Position numbers and translations under genes: made by a program
The notes under the pieces: model-generated
Databases searched by the model: none
The model's input: only the letters and a program-made list of their open reading frames with translations
Told to the model about the DNA's origin: nothing
Assembly: GCA_963716745.1 (NCBI GenBank)
Contig: OY970320.1
Coordinates: 3,008,001-3,072,000, forward strand
Length of the DNA: 64,000 nt
Direction: 5' to 3'
Source of the DNA: an uncultured Gemmatimonadaceae bacterium
GTDB taxonomy: Bacteria; Gemmatimonadota; Gemmatimonadetes; Gemmatimonadales; Gemmatimonadaceae
Shown here: one piece after another, positions 50,855-60,719 of the stretch
Position numbering within the stretch: the first letter of the stretch is position 1
Layout of the letters: each line of letters starts with the position of its first letter

Positions 50855-52126
50855 GGCGTCCCGATGATGATGATGATCGTTCCCTGCGACGCGGCGGTGA
50901 GCGCGGCGTCGAGCGGCGCGTTCGTGGTGTTGCCGGCCGAGCCGACTACGTCACCGGGGCTGGGATTGATCCCCTGCGTGACGCCGCCCAAGATGTTCTG
51001 GCTCCAGTTGTCCGGATCGATCGGGAGATCGTGCGCGCGCGGCCGCCCGCTGCTCGCGCGCACCGCCGCCAATCGCTGCTGCGCGAGCACGAACCCCGGG
51101 TCGATCGAGAGCGCGCCCACATAGTACGATTCCGCTGCATCGAGATTCCACTGCGCCTCGGCGGCGGCGCCGCGCGCGTAGGCGAGGAACGCCGACAGGT
51201 AGCGCGTGGGCCGTTTCTGCAGCGCCTGCATCTCGGCGGGCGAGAGCGTGACGCCGAGCTCGCCGTAGAGCTGGAGCGCGAGCCGCTTCTCGCCGTCGAG
51301 GATCTCGACCATCGCGGTCTGCTCCGTGACGGGGCGGCCGACGATCGCGCCCTGCGTGACGCTCGTGACCTGCGCATCCATCGTGATGTGGTTCTTCTCG
51401 CCGGAACGGATCTCACCGTTCACCATCCGGCTCGCGCCCACGAGCTTGCCCAGCGCCGGCGCCGACGTGCTGTCGGTGCGGCCGCTCTTGGTGAGGTCGA
51501 GCTCACGGAGCACGGCGCTGACGCGCACGCGGTCCACGATCTGGAGTTGCGGGCTGATGCTGAGGTCGGCGATGAGCAGGTCGGCCACGCCATAGCCGAG
51601 GGGCGCGAGCGTCGTGTCGCTCGCGGGGACGAACAGGGGGGCCACGCCCACCGCACTCGCCGGATACGTCGCCGGGTTCAGCGCTTTCTCGTTCTTGATC
51701 GCCTGCTGCGCGGAGATCATCGCCTCCGCGCGCGCGATGTCGCCGAGCCGCGCCTCGACGTCCGCGTTCTTGCCGGCGAGGGAGAGGTAGCGCAGGTAGT
51801 TCACGCGTGCGTCGGCCAGGTTGCCCATGCGCTGCGCCGCGGCTCCCGCGTAGAGGTTCGCGTTTGCCCCAACGCTGCCGGCGGTGGCCAGCAGCGGTTC
51901 GAGCGTGCGGCGCGCCGCCAGATCCTGGTCCGACAGATACTGCGCGCGGCCGTACGCCACGCGAAGCTCGACGTTGCCGGGATCGGCCGCGAACGCCGCC
52001 GTCGCGACGCCAAGCTGCTGCGGTGGCCGACGCCGGCGAGATCGGCTCGAGCGCGGGCTTCCCGGCACAGCCGAGGGCGCCCAGCGCGGCCACGATTCCG
52101 GCGACTGCCGAGCTTCGGAAACGCAT
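50851..52126 (-). CDS. lipoprotein with TPR-like region and CsgG/TolB-N-like domain, frameshift near 52020
   Basis: MRFRSSAVAGIVAALGALGC lipobox; TPR-like helices; QIVDR..V..ELDL..SG..D..AP.LGKLVGA. Confidence 0.8.
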
Positions 52127-52223
52127 GGGACCACCGCGGAATGGGGGAGAGCCTGTCGCGCAGCCAAGTTACGAGCCTCAATCGACAGTGTCAAAGAAGG
52201 ATCGAGCCGCTCTAACGGCTTAC

Positions 52224-52382
52224 GGCGGGAGTACTGCGTCGTGCGTGGTTGCTCACTAAGGGCGGGAGTACCGAGTCGTGCGTCGAGATGCAACCGGGGC
52301 CTCACGCCCAAGGTGGGCCACCACGCACGACTCGGCACGCACGCCATTCGTGGGCCTCTACGCACGACTCGGTACGCACGCC
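52224..52382. repeat. four ~33 bp units, two direct then two inverted, 37 bp period
   Basis: GGCGGGAGTAC.G.GTCGTGCGT at 52224 and 52261; inverse ACGCACGACTCGG.ACGCACGCC in units starting 52313 and 52350. Confidence 0.85.
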
Positions 52383-52392
52383 TTTGGAGGAG

Positions 52393-52422
52393 TTGAATTT
52401 GCCCCTAGGAACCCGGTATATT
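52393..52422 (+). promoter_or_regulatory. candidate sigma70 promoter of rpmE-prfA operon
   Basis: TTGAAT-18 nt-TATATT. Confidence 0.5.
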
Positions 52423-52454
52423 GATTGGCTACCCGAAAACTCGAGGATCCCAAA

Positions 52455-52658
52455 GTGAAGAAGGAAATCCATCCCACGTACGCCACCGCAGTCGTCAAGT
52501 GCGCCTGTGGCAACACGTTCACCACGCGCTCGACCCAGGGCGAGATCCATACCGACATCTGCTCCAACTGCCACCCGTTCTACACCGGCAAGCAGAAGTT
52601 GATGGACACCGCGGGTCGCGTCGAACGCTTCCGTCAGAAGTACGGTAGGGAGAGCTGA
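52455..52658 (+). CDS. rpmE: 50S ribosomal protein L31 (Zn-binding type)
   Basis: [37 protein letters not shown] before GTG. Confidence 0.96.
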   Translation: MKKEIHPTYATAVVKCACGNTFTTRSTQGEIHTDICSNCHPFYTGKQKLMDTAGRVERFRQKYGRES

Positions 52659-53725
52659 GCCTCCGCGATCTTCTCGCGCAGGCCCTCGCGCGCTTCGACG
52701 AGATCGAGCGCGAGCTGGCGAATCCGGTCGGGCCGCGTGATTCCGGCCGGATCGCCGAACTCGGCCGGGAGCACCGGCGTCTCACCCCTATAGCTGAATT
52801 GGCCGGCCGCCTCGCGCGCGCCGAGTCCGAGCGTGCGCAGCTCGCCGAACTGCTCACCGCCGGCGATGCCGACATGGCCGCGGAAGCGCGCGCCGAGAAC
52901 GATCGGCTTGGCGCCGAGATCGCCGAGATCGAGGCCAAGCTCCCGCCGCTCCTCGTGCCGCGCGATCCGCTGGACGATCGCCCCGCGATCTTCGAGATCC
53001 GCGCCGGCACGGGCGGCGATGAGGCGGCGCTCTTCGCTGCCGACCTTGTGCGCATGTACACGCGCTACGCCGAGCGGCAGGGCTGGAAGGTAGAACTCCT
53101 GCAGCGTTCCGATGGCGCGCTGGGCGGCATCAAGGAAGCGATCTTCAAGGTGAAGGGCGACGCCGCGTTCGGGCGCCTGCGTCGCGAGAGCGGCGTGCAC
53201 CGCGTGCAACGCGTGCCCGCCACCGAAGCGCAGGGACGCATCCATACCTCGGCGGCCACCGTGGCCGTGCTCCCGGAAGCCGAAGAAGTAGACGTGAAGA
53301 TCGAGCAGAAGGATCTGCGCATCGACGTCTTCCGTTCATCCGGCCCCGGCGGGCAGAGCGTGAACACCACCGACAGCGCGGTGCGCATCACGCACATCCC
53401 CAGCGGCCTGGTCGTGAGCCAGCAGGACCAGAAATCGCAGCTGCAGAACAAGCTCAAGGCCATGGAGGTGCTGCGCGCGCGGCTGCTCGACGCGCGGCTC
53501 GCCGAGCAGGAAGCGGAGCGCTCGCGCATGCGCAAGACGCAGGTGGGCACCGGCGACCGCTCGGCGAAGATCCGCACGTACAACTATCCGCAGAATCGCG
53601 TGACCGATCACCGGATCAACTTCACGATCCACGAACTATCGCGCACGCTCGATGGCGAGCTGGATCCACTCATCGAGGCGCTGGCGATGGCCGAGGTCGA
53701 GGAGCGGCTCGGTGGCGCCGACTGA
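52655..53725 (+). CDS. prfA: peptide chain release factor 1
   Basis: [18 protein letters not shown] motif, [16 protein letters not shown]-terminal homology extends to CTG at 52655. Confidence 0.95.
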   Translation: MSLRDLLAQALARFDEIERELANPVGPRDSGRIAELGREHRRLTPIAELAGRLARAESERAQLAELLTAGDADMAAEARAENDRLGAEIAEIEAKLPPLLVPRDPLDDRPAIFEIRAGTGGDEAALFAADLVRMYTRYAERQGWKVELLQRSDGALGGIKEAIFKVKGDAAFGRLRRESGVHRVQRVPATEAQGRIHTSAATVAVLPEAEEVDVKIEQKDLRIDVFRSSGPGGQSVNTTDSAVRITHIPSGLVVSQQDQKSQLQNKLKAMEVLRARLLDARLAEQEAERSRMRKTQVGTGDRSAKIRTYNYPQNRVTDHRINFTIHELSRTLDGELDPLIEALAMAEVEERLGGAD

Positions 53726-54596
53726 TCTGCGCGGCGCGACCGTCGCGGCGCTGCTCGACGACCTCGCCGCGACGCTGACCGCGGCGCAGATCCCCGACGC
53801 GCGGCGTGAGGCGTCGGACATCATCGCCGCGGTGGTCGACGCGCCGCGCTTCTGGGCCGCGGCGCACGCGGGCGAAGTCGTGAGCGCCACCGATGCGGCC
53901 GCGATACGCGCCGCGGCTGCGCGTCGCGCGCGAGGAGCGCCCTTCGCCTATGCCGTGGGCCGCGCCGCCTTCCGCCACCTCTCGCTGCACGTGGACGAGC
54001 GCGTGCTCATCCCACGTGCCGAAACCGAGGAACTGGTACAACGCGTACTGAGTGCCATGGGCACCGAACCCGGTGGCATCGCGGTGGACCTCGGCACCGG
54101 CAGCGGCGCGATCGCGCTCTCGCTCGCGCAGGAGGGAACGTTCGCGCGCGTCATCGCGACCGATGTGAGCGACGGTGCGCTCACGGTGGCCCGCGCGAAC
54201 GCTGCGCGCTGCGCGCCGCAGTTGCGCTGCGAGGTGGAATTCCGCGCCGGCGCATGGCTCGCGCCGCTCGCGGGAGTTCGCGCGCGCGCCGTGGTGTCCA
54301 ATCCGCCGTACATCGCGCTCGATGAGGCCGCGGCGCTGCCCGCCTCCGTGCGAGATTGGGAGCCGCCGGTCGCGCTCTTCGCCGAGGACTCGGGAATGCG
54401 CGACATTGCGTGTATCATTCACGGGGCGCATGCGGTGCTCGAAGCGGGCGGCCTGTTGGCGCTCGAAGTCGACAGCCGGCGCGCCTCGCTGGCGGCGGAG
54501 CTCGCCCTCGCCGACGGCCATTACCGCGACGTGTCCGTGAGACTCGATCTCGCGGGACGCGAACGATTCCTGCTGGCGAGACGAGGAGAGGAGTGA
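53712..54596 (+). CDS. prmC: release factor glutamine methyltransferase
   Basis: [21 protein letters not shown]; follows prfA. Confidence 0.94.
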   Translation: MAPTDLRGATVAALLDDLAATLTAAQIPDARREASDIIAAVVDAPRFWAAAHAGEVVSATDAAAIRAAAARRARGAPFAYAVGRAAFRHLSLHVDERVLIPRAETEELVQRVLSAMGTEPGGIAVDLGTGSGAIALSLAQEGTFARVIATDVSDGALTVARANAARCAPQLRCEVEFRAGAWLAPLAGVRARAVVSNPPYIALDEAAALPASVRDWEPPVALFAEDSGMRDIACIIHGAHAVLEAGGLLALEVDSRRASLAAELALADGHYRDVSVRLDLAGRERFLLARRGEE

Positions 54597-54597
54597 C

Positions 54598-54951
54598 GTG
54601 CTCGAGGACCGCGCGAAGGAGATCGGCCGTCTGATCGGCCAGAGCAGCGAATACCAGGCGGTGAAACGCGCCAACGGGGCGCTCACGGCCAACACCGATG
54701 CCGTGGCCGTCTTGAAGCAGATGGAGCAGATCCGCCGGGACGCCCAGGCGATGATCGAGCGCGGCGAGCAGCCCACCGAGGCGATGGAGCAGCAATTGGA
54801 CGAACTGCTCCTCAAGGTGCAGGGCAGCCCGGTGTACCAGGCGGTGATGGTGGCGCAGGAGAATTTCGACAAGCTCATGGCACGCGTGAACGAATGGATC
54901 CTCGAAGGGATCCAGCGCGGCGCGGCGAGCCCGATCATCACACTGGGGTGA
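54598..54951 (+). CDS. YlbF/YmcA-like helical protein
   Basis: AKEIGRLI.QS.EY, coiled segment, P..Q...AQ..F..LM..VN..I; strong RBS. Confidence 0.75.
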   Translation: MLEDRAKEIGRLIGQSSEYQAVKRANGALTANTDAVAVLKQMEQIRRDAQAMIERGEQPTEAMEQQLDELLLKVQGSPVYQAVMVAQENFDKLMARVNEWILEGIQRGAASPIITLG

Positions 54952-55620
54952 GCAACGCACCCGGGCGGCTCATCGTGTTCGAGGCGCCGGAGGGGGCGGG
55001 CAAGACCACCCAACTCGCGCGGCTCGACGTGTGGCTCACGCACAACGACGTGGCCCACACCACGGTGCGCGAGCCCGGAGGCACGCCGCTCGGCGATGAC
55101 ATTCGCCGCTGGCTGCTGGACCCGAAGCACGCCGATCTCACGCCGCGCGCCGAGGCGATGCTCTTCATGGCATCGCGTGCGGAGCTCGTGGAACGTGTGA
55201 TCCGGCCGGCGCTCGCGCGCGGCGACGTCGTGCTCGCGGACCGCTTCTTCCTCTCCACGTACGCGTACCAGGTGCACGGCCGCGGCCTCCCCTTCGAGGC
55301 GGTGCGCACCGCGAACGCGCTCGCCACCGGCGGCCTCGTGCCCGACGTGACACTGGTATTCGCGCTCGACGCGGCGGTGCGCAATGTGCGCGCGCAGGCG
55401 CGCGGCCACGCCGACAAGATCGAACGCGCCGGCGCCGATTTCCACGAGCGCGTGGCGGCCGCGTTCACGCGCTTCGTGCAGTCCGATTGGCAGGCGGCCG
55501 CATCCCGAGTGCGGACCGATCGTCGCGATCGACGGCGCCGGCGAGGAGGAAGCGGTGTTCGACCGCGTGCTCGCGGCGCTCGCGTCGCGCTGGCCGGCCG
55601 CGTTCGAGGCGGCCCGATGA
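54948..55620 (+). CDS. tmk: thymidylate kinase, frameshift near 55500
   Basis: FEAPEGAGKTT, REPGGT, DRF..ST.AYQ, PD.T, DKIE. Confidence 0.93.
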
Positions 55621-57234
55621 CGCGCGGCCGCGCCTTCATGGCGCTCGCGCTGTTCGCGCTGCGTGATGCTCATGGGCGGGCAACTGCTCCGCGGCTCGCT
55701 CGCGGGCACGGGCGTCGCGCACGCGCGGCTGTTCGACCAGGTGCTCGCGCACGTCGAGGACAATTTCGTGGATTCCCTCGGCGCGGCCGACCTCTACGCG
55801 AAGGCGGCTACGGGCATGGTGGCCGAGCTGCACGATCCGAACTCTTCGCTGCTCGACGAACGGCTGCTCAAGCGTCTCAACGAGACCACCGCCGGCCAGT
55901 ACGAGGGACTTGGCGTGCAAGTGGACGCGCGCGATGGGTGGCTGAGCGTGATCGCGGCGCTCGCGGGATCGCCCGCCGAGATCGCGGGGCTGCGCGCCGG
56001 CGACCGCATTCTGGAGATCGACGGACGCCCCGTGTCATCGCGCGGCACCGATGACGCGCGCGCCGGACTGCGCGGCCCGCCGGGCTCGAAGGTGACGCTG
56101 CTCGTGGAGCGCCCGGGCGTCGCGGCGCGCATCCCGATCGTGGTCACGCGCGCGGCGATCCACGTGAATCCCGTGCGGCACGCGATGATGCTCACGCCCG
56201 ACGCCGGCTACGTGCAGCTGGCGATCTTCGCCGACTCCAGCGCGCCGGAATTGCGCCGCGCGATCGGCCGACTCCGCGACCAGGGCGCGCACACCGTTCT
56301 CCTCGACCTGCGCGGCGATCCGGGCGGCCTGCTCGTGCAAGGCGTTGGCGTGAGCGACGAGTTCCTCGACAAGGGGCAGGAGGTCGTGTCGTTGCGCGGC
56401 CGCACGGCTTCGCAAACGGAAACGATCAGCGCCGAACGCGCGCAGCTGTGGCCCGACCTGCTGCTCATCGTGCTCGTGGATGGCGGCAGCGCGAGTGCGT
56501 CGGAGATCGTGGCGGGTGCGCTGCAGGATCACGATCGCGCCGTGGTGATGGGCTCCACCAGCTACGGCAAGGGGAGCGCGCAGTCGATCTTCGATCTCGA
56601 CGGCGACGAGCACGCGCTGCGCCTCACCACCGCGCTCTGGTTCACGCCGAGCGGACGCAGCATCCAGCGGCCGCACCGGCAGCCGGACGACACGGCCGCG
56701 GCGGACACACTGCGCGAGCGGCCGCTGTCGAAGCGCACGACGTATAAGACCGATGCCGGCCGCACGGTGTACGGCGGCGGCGGGATCACGCCGGACATCA
56801 TCGTGACGCCGCAGGATTCCGCAGACGGCACGCTGGCGCTCGTGCGCTCGCTCGGGCGCGATCTGCCGAAGTTCCGCGACGCGACCGTGGACGTCGCGGC
56901 GGCGGCGCGGAGCGGCGCTGTTCGCGGCGCGGTGATCGTCATCTCGCCGGCGATGCGCGAGGACCTGTGGCGCCGTGCGCAGGCGAAGGGCGTGCGTCTC
57001 ACGCGTGCGCAGTACGATTCAGCCGCCGCGGCGGTGGATCGCATGCTGGGCGACGAGATCGCGCGCGATGCGCTGGGCGTTGAGGAGGCGTGGCGCAAGA
57101 AACTCGACGACGATCGCGTGGTGGCCGCGGCGCTGTCGCTCGCGAAGGGCGCGCGCAGCGAGACCGAATTGCTCACGCGCGCCGCCGACCAGCGCGCGGC
57201 GAAGAGGGAGGACGTGCCGGGCGGCGCCCCGTGA
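55617..57234 (+). CDS. S41 carboxy-terminal protease with PDZ domain, probable frameshift near 55660
   Basis: GLGVQV PDZ, DLRGDPGG, SASASEIVAGALQD, YGKG, TPSGRSI, GGGITPD. Confidence 0.92.
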
Positions 57235-58070
57235 ACGAGCGCGTGTTCGTGCTGGGCGCGGGGCGCGTGGGCACCGCGCTGGCGCGGGCGTTCATCGCGG
57301 CGGGAGTGGAGGTGGTGGGGCTGCACGGCAGGAAAGCCCAGAGCGCGCCGGATGTGGTGAGCGCGGGGCCTCTGCCCGCCGCGATCTCGCGTGCGACAGT
57401 GGTGCTGGTCACCGTGCGCGATCCACAGCTGGAGGAAGTGTTGGCTTCGCTCGTGAGCGCGTCGCTGGCGCCTGGAGTCGTGGTGTTGCATGCGAGCGGC
57501 AGCGCGGAGCCGATGGCATTCGCGGCGCTGCGTGCCCAAGGGCATCCGTGCGGCACGATGCATCCGTTGCTCGCCTTCGCCGATCCGGCGCGCGCTGCGG
57601 CGAGCATCGGCACCGCGTGGTTCGGGCTCGACGGCGACGCGCGGGCGCGCGAAGCGGCGTCATCGCTCGCGGCGGCTCTGGGCTCGCGCACGCTCGAGAT
57701 CCCGGCCGGAGAGAAAGTGCGCTACCACGCAGCCGCGGTATTCGCGTCGAACTTTCCGGCGCTACTCATGGCGAGCGGCGAGGCGCTGTTCGCGCAGATC
57801 GGCATTGATGCCGACGATGCGCGCGCGGCGCTCATGCCGCTCTTCTCCGCGGGTGCCGACAATGTGCGCGCGAAGCCGAGCGCTCTGGCGCTGACGGGAC
57901 CGATCGTGCGAGGAGATGTCGAAACGGTGAAGCGGCACGTGGCCGCGCTAGCGGCGACGCCGGAGTTATTGGCGCTCTACCGGGCGTTGTCCATAGCCGC
58001 GGCGCGACTCGCGCGAACGGCGGGAACCGATCCCGCGAAGCTGGCGGAGATCGAAGCGGCTCTTCGGTAG
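57231..58070 (+). CDS. Rossmann-like plus DUF2520 domain protein
   Basis: GAGRVGTAL, HASGS, MHPL..F, YHAAAVFASN, LTGP..RGD..TV..H. Confidence 0.9.
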   Translation: MNERVFVLGAGRVGTALARAFIAAGVEVVGLHGRKAQSAPDVVSAGPLPAAISRATVVLVTVRDPQLEEVLASLVSASLAPGVVVLHASGSAEPMAFAALRAQGHPCGTMHPLLAFADPARAAASIGTAWFGLDGDARAREAASSLAAALGSRTLEIPAGEKVRYHAAAVFASNFPALLMASGEALFAQIGIDADDARAALMPLFSAGADNVRAKPSALALTGPIVRGDVETVKRHVAALAATPELLALYRALSIAAARLARTAGTDPAKLAEIEAALR

Positions 58071-58073
58071 CTC

Positions 58074-58206
58074 AACTGCCGGGAACCGGTTACCGGGAAC
58101 CGGTATGGCATGACAATGCATTCCCTAACGACAGCGAGTAGTGCTGTTATGGAATGCGTTGTCATGCCTCACCGGTTCCCGGCAACCGGTTCCCGGTAGT
58201 TTGCAG
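58074..58206. repeat. near-perfect ~130 nt palindrome with heptamer arms between convergent genes
   Basis: AACTGCCGGGAACCGGTTACCGGGAACCGGT..GGCATGACAATGCATTCC / GGAATGCGTTGTCATGCC..ACCGGTTCCCGGCAACCGGTTCCCGGTAGTT. Confidence 0.9.
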
Positions 58207-58872
58207 TTAGTTCGCCGTCCCTTGATCGAACACTCTCACTCCCGGCGGCAGCGTGAACACGAACGCGCCATCGCTCACCGTCACATTCATCTCGATCGCA
58301 TCCACGCGCACCCGCCGCACGCTGCCGTTCGCGTCCTTCGTCTCGAACTGGCGCACAATGCCGTCGGCATCATCGATCCACAGTTTCGCGAAGGTGAACG
58401 GCGCACCGCGACTCTTTGGCGTGAGCCCCACAATGTGCGTGGCGTGCCCGCCCACCGTGGCCGCGCCGCCATCGGTGATGGTGAAACGCTGCGCCGGTGA
58501 ATCCAGCAGCCACGTCGTGAAATCGGGGATGTTCGCGCTCCCATCGCCCACCGTCATCTTGATCACCTGCCCGGGATTGGTGCTCGGCAAGTAGATCCAC
58601 ACCGCCTTCCCATCGGACACGATGCGGTCGCCGGCGGGCTGCGTGAAGCTCACGGCGTAGCGCCCGGGCAGGCGCTGGAGCATCTCGCCCTTGGAATCCA
58701 CGCCGTGGCCGGTGAGCGGATTGTCGACGGTCTGCGTGAAGGTCACGCGCGCGGTCTTCATATTCGAGTACACCGCGGCGGCGCGCTCGAGCGTGGCGGT
58801 CGCGGTCTGACCGCGCGCCGCGCAGACGGCCGCCGCCAACGCGAGCGCCGCGCCGGCGGCCGCGATCCTCAC
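58207..58872 (-). CDS. lolA: outer membrane lipoprotein carrier protein LolA
   Basis: signal peptide, FTQT, RLPGRY, P.GD.IVSDGK.VW.Y.P...QV, F.F.LPPGV. Confidence 0.85.
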   Translation of the reverse strand: MRIAAAGAALALAAAVCAARGQTATATLERAAAVYSNMKTARVTFTQTVDNPLTGHGVDSKGEMLQRLPGRYAVSFTQPAGDRIVSDGKAVWIYLPSTNPGQVIKMTVGDGSANIPDFTTWLLDSPAQRFTITDGGAATVGGHATHIVGLTPKSRGAPFTFAKLWIDDADGIVRQFETKDANGSVRRVRVDAIEMNVTVSDGAFVFTLPPGVRVFDQGTAN

Positions 58873-59925
58873 TTGCCCGCCGCCGCGCCCGCGAGCGCCG
58901 GCGCGGGCGTGATCGTGCGGCCGATCGCCGCCGCGATCGCGCGCAATTCTCCCACCAGCTGCGCGAATTGCTCCGGATACAGCGACTGCGCGCCGTCCGA
59001 CAGCGCGCGCTCGGGATTCGGATGCACTTCCACCATCACGCCGTTCGCCCCGGCCGCGATCGCGGCGCGTGCCATCGGGATCACCTTGTCGCGGATGCCC
59101 GGTGCCGTGGCTCGGATCGGCGATGATCGGCAGGTGCGACATCTGCTGCACGATCGGGATCGCCGTGAGATCGAACATGTTGCGCGCGATCGTGTCGAAC
59201 GTGCGCACGCCGCGCTCGCATAATATCACGTTCGGATTCCCGCTCGCGAGTACATACTCCGCGCTCAGCAGCAATTCCTGGATCGTGGCCGCGAGGCCGC
59301 GCTTGAGGAGCACCGGCTTGCCCAGCTTCCCGCAGAACTTGAGCAGCGAATAGTTCTGCATGTTGCGCGCGCCGATCTGGATGCAGTCGCCGTACTCGGC
59401 CACGAGTTCCGCGCCCTCCTCGTCCATCGCTTCGGTGACGATGGCGAGCCCCGTCTCCCGCCGCGCGATCGCCAGCAGCTCGAGCCCCTTCTTGCCGAGC
59501 CCCTGGAAGGAGTACGGCGAACTCCGCGGCTTGAACGCGCCGCCGCGCAGCGCCGAAGCGCCGGCCGCCTTCACCATGCGCGCCGCGGTCACGATCTGCT
59601 CCTCGCTCTCCACCGAGCAGGGGCCCGCGATGATCGGCACTTCGCTGCCGCCAACGTGCACGGTGCCGCCGATGGAGACGATCGTGCTCTCCGCCTTCCA
59701 TTCGCGCGACACCTGCTTGTACGGCTGCGTGACGTGGATCACCTGCGCGACGCCCGAGAGCGCCTCGATGCGCGACGCATCCACGCGCCCGTCGTTGCCC
59801 ACGAGGCCCACGGCGGTGCGCTGGGCGCCCGGCATGGGCCGCGCCTCGTAGCCCATCTCCTCGATCACGCGCACCACGGCCTCGACCTCGGCCGGCTTCG
59901 CGCCATGTTTCATCACGACCAGCAT
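58869..59925 (-). CDS. aroF: DAHP synthase (class I-beta, N-terminal regulatory domain), frameshift near 59097
   Basis: [55 protein letters not shown]. Confidence 0.93.
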
Positions 59926-59926
59926 G

Positions 59927-60697
59927 CTATTCCTCGATCTCGGTGAACCAGCCGTCCCTCGTGATCGTCACGGGGCCGTTGTATCGCGGCGCGATCGCCG
60001 CGGGAATGTCTTCCTGCTCTACCACGGTGAAGAAGTGCGTGAGCGCGAGCATGCCTGGCGTCGCGCGCTCGGCCAGCGCCGCGCAACTCGATGGCGTGAG
60101 ATGCGTCGGCACCGCCATCGCGTCCGGCAAGGAGCACTCCGCGAGCAGCACGTCACATCCACGCGACCAGTCGCCGAGCGCATCGTTCGGGCCCGTGTCG
60201 CCCGTAAAGACGATCCGGCCCTTCCCGCTCGCTATGGAATATGCCACGCTCTCCTCGGTATGGGGAACTCTGAGGCTCTCCATTCGTACCCCGATGCTCA
60301 GGTCCGCGCCCCCGCCAAAGGGGATCTCGGTGATCCGAAACGGCCAGGGAGGGGCGGCCAGGGTGCCGCCGTCGCCGTAGATCGAGGCAAAGCGCGTCAG
60401 GAGCGCCGCGGTGCCCGGCGGCCCGAGCACCTCGAGCGGCGCCGTGCGCGCGGGTAGCGTGCCGTAGCGCCACGCATAGAACAGCGTGGTGACGTCCAGT
60501 GTGTGATCCGGGTGGAAATGGGTGAGCGCGAGGTGCGTGATCCCGAACCAATCGAGACCCAGCGAGGCCATGCGGTGCACCACGCCGCTGCCGCAATCGA
60601 TGAGCAGCCGCACGTCGCGCGTCTCGATGAGATGGCCGGCGTTCACGCGGCTGGGGCTGGGACTCGCGGTGCCGGTGCCGATCGTGGTGAGGCGCAC
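59927..60697 (-). CDS. MBL-fold metallohydrolase, RNase Z-like
   Basis: IGTG, DCGSG, THFHPDH, FTGDT, AEC, LTH. Confidence 0.85.
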   Translation of the reverse strand: MRLTTIGTGTASPSPSRVNAGHLIETRDVRLLIDCGSGVVHRMASLGLDWFGITHLALTHFHPDHTLDVTTLFYAWRYGTLPARTAPLEVLGPPGTAALLTRFASIYGDGGTLAAPPWPFRITEIPFGGGADLSIGVRMESLRVPHTEESVAYSIASGKGRIVFTGDTGPNDALGDWSRGCDVLLAECSLPDAMAVPTHLTPSSCAALAERATPGMLALTHFFTVVEQEDIPAAIAPRYNGPVTITRDGWFTEIEE

Positions 60698-60719
60698 CTA
60701 TCGAGCCCTCATAGCGAGC

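Noticed and set aside
52224..52382. Mini CRISPR array
   Set aside because: Spacers of only about 4 bp, half the units inverted, no cas genes
58106..58120. Sigma54 promoter TGGCATGACAATGCA
   Set aside because: GG-to-GC spacing is 9 rather than 10 nt and the site lies between convergent genes
58207..59925. AroF-LolA fusion (572 aa)
   Set aside because: Frameshift near 59097; the AroF C-terminus is in ORF 58869..59084 and LolA has its own GTG and signal peptide
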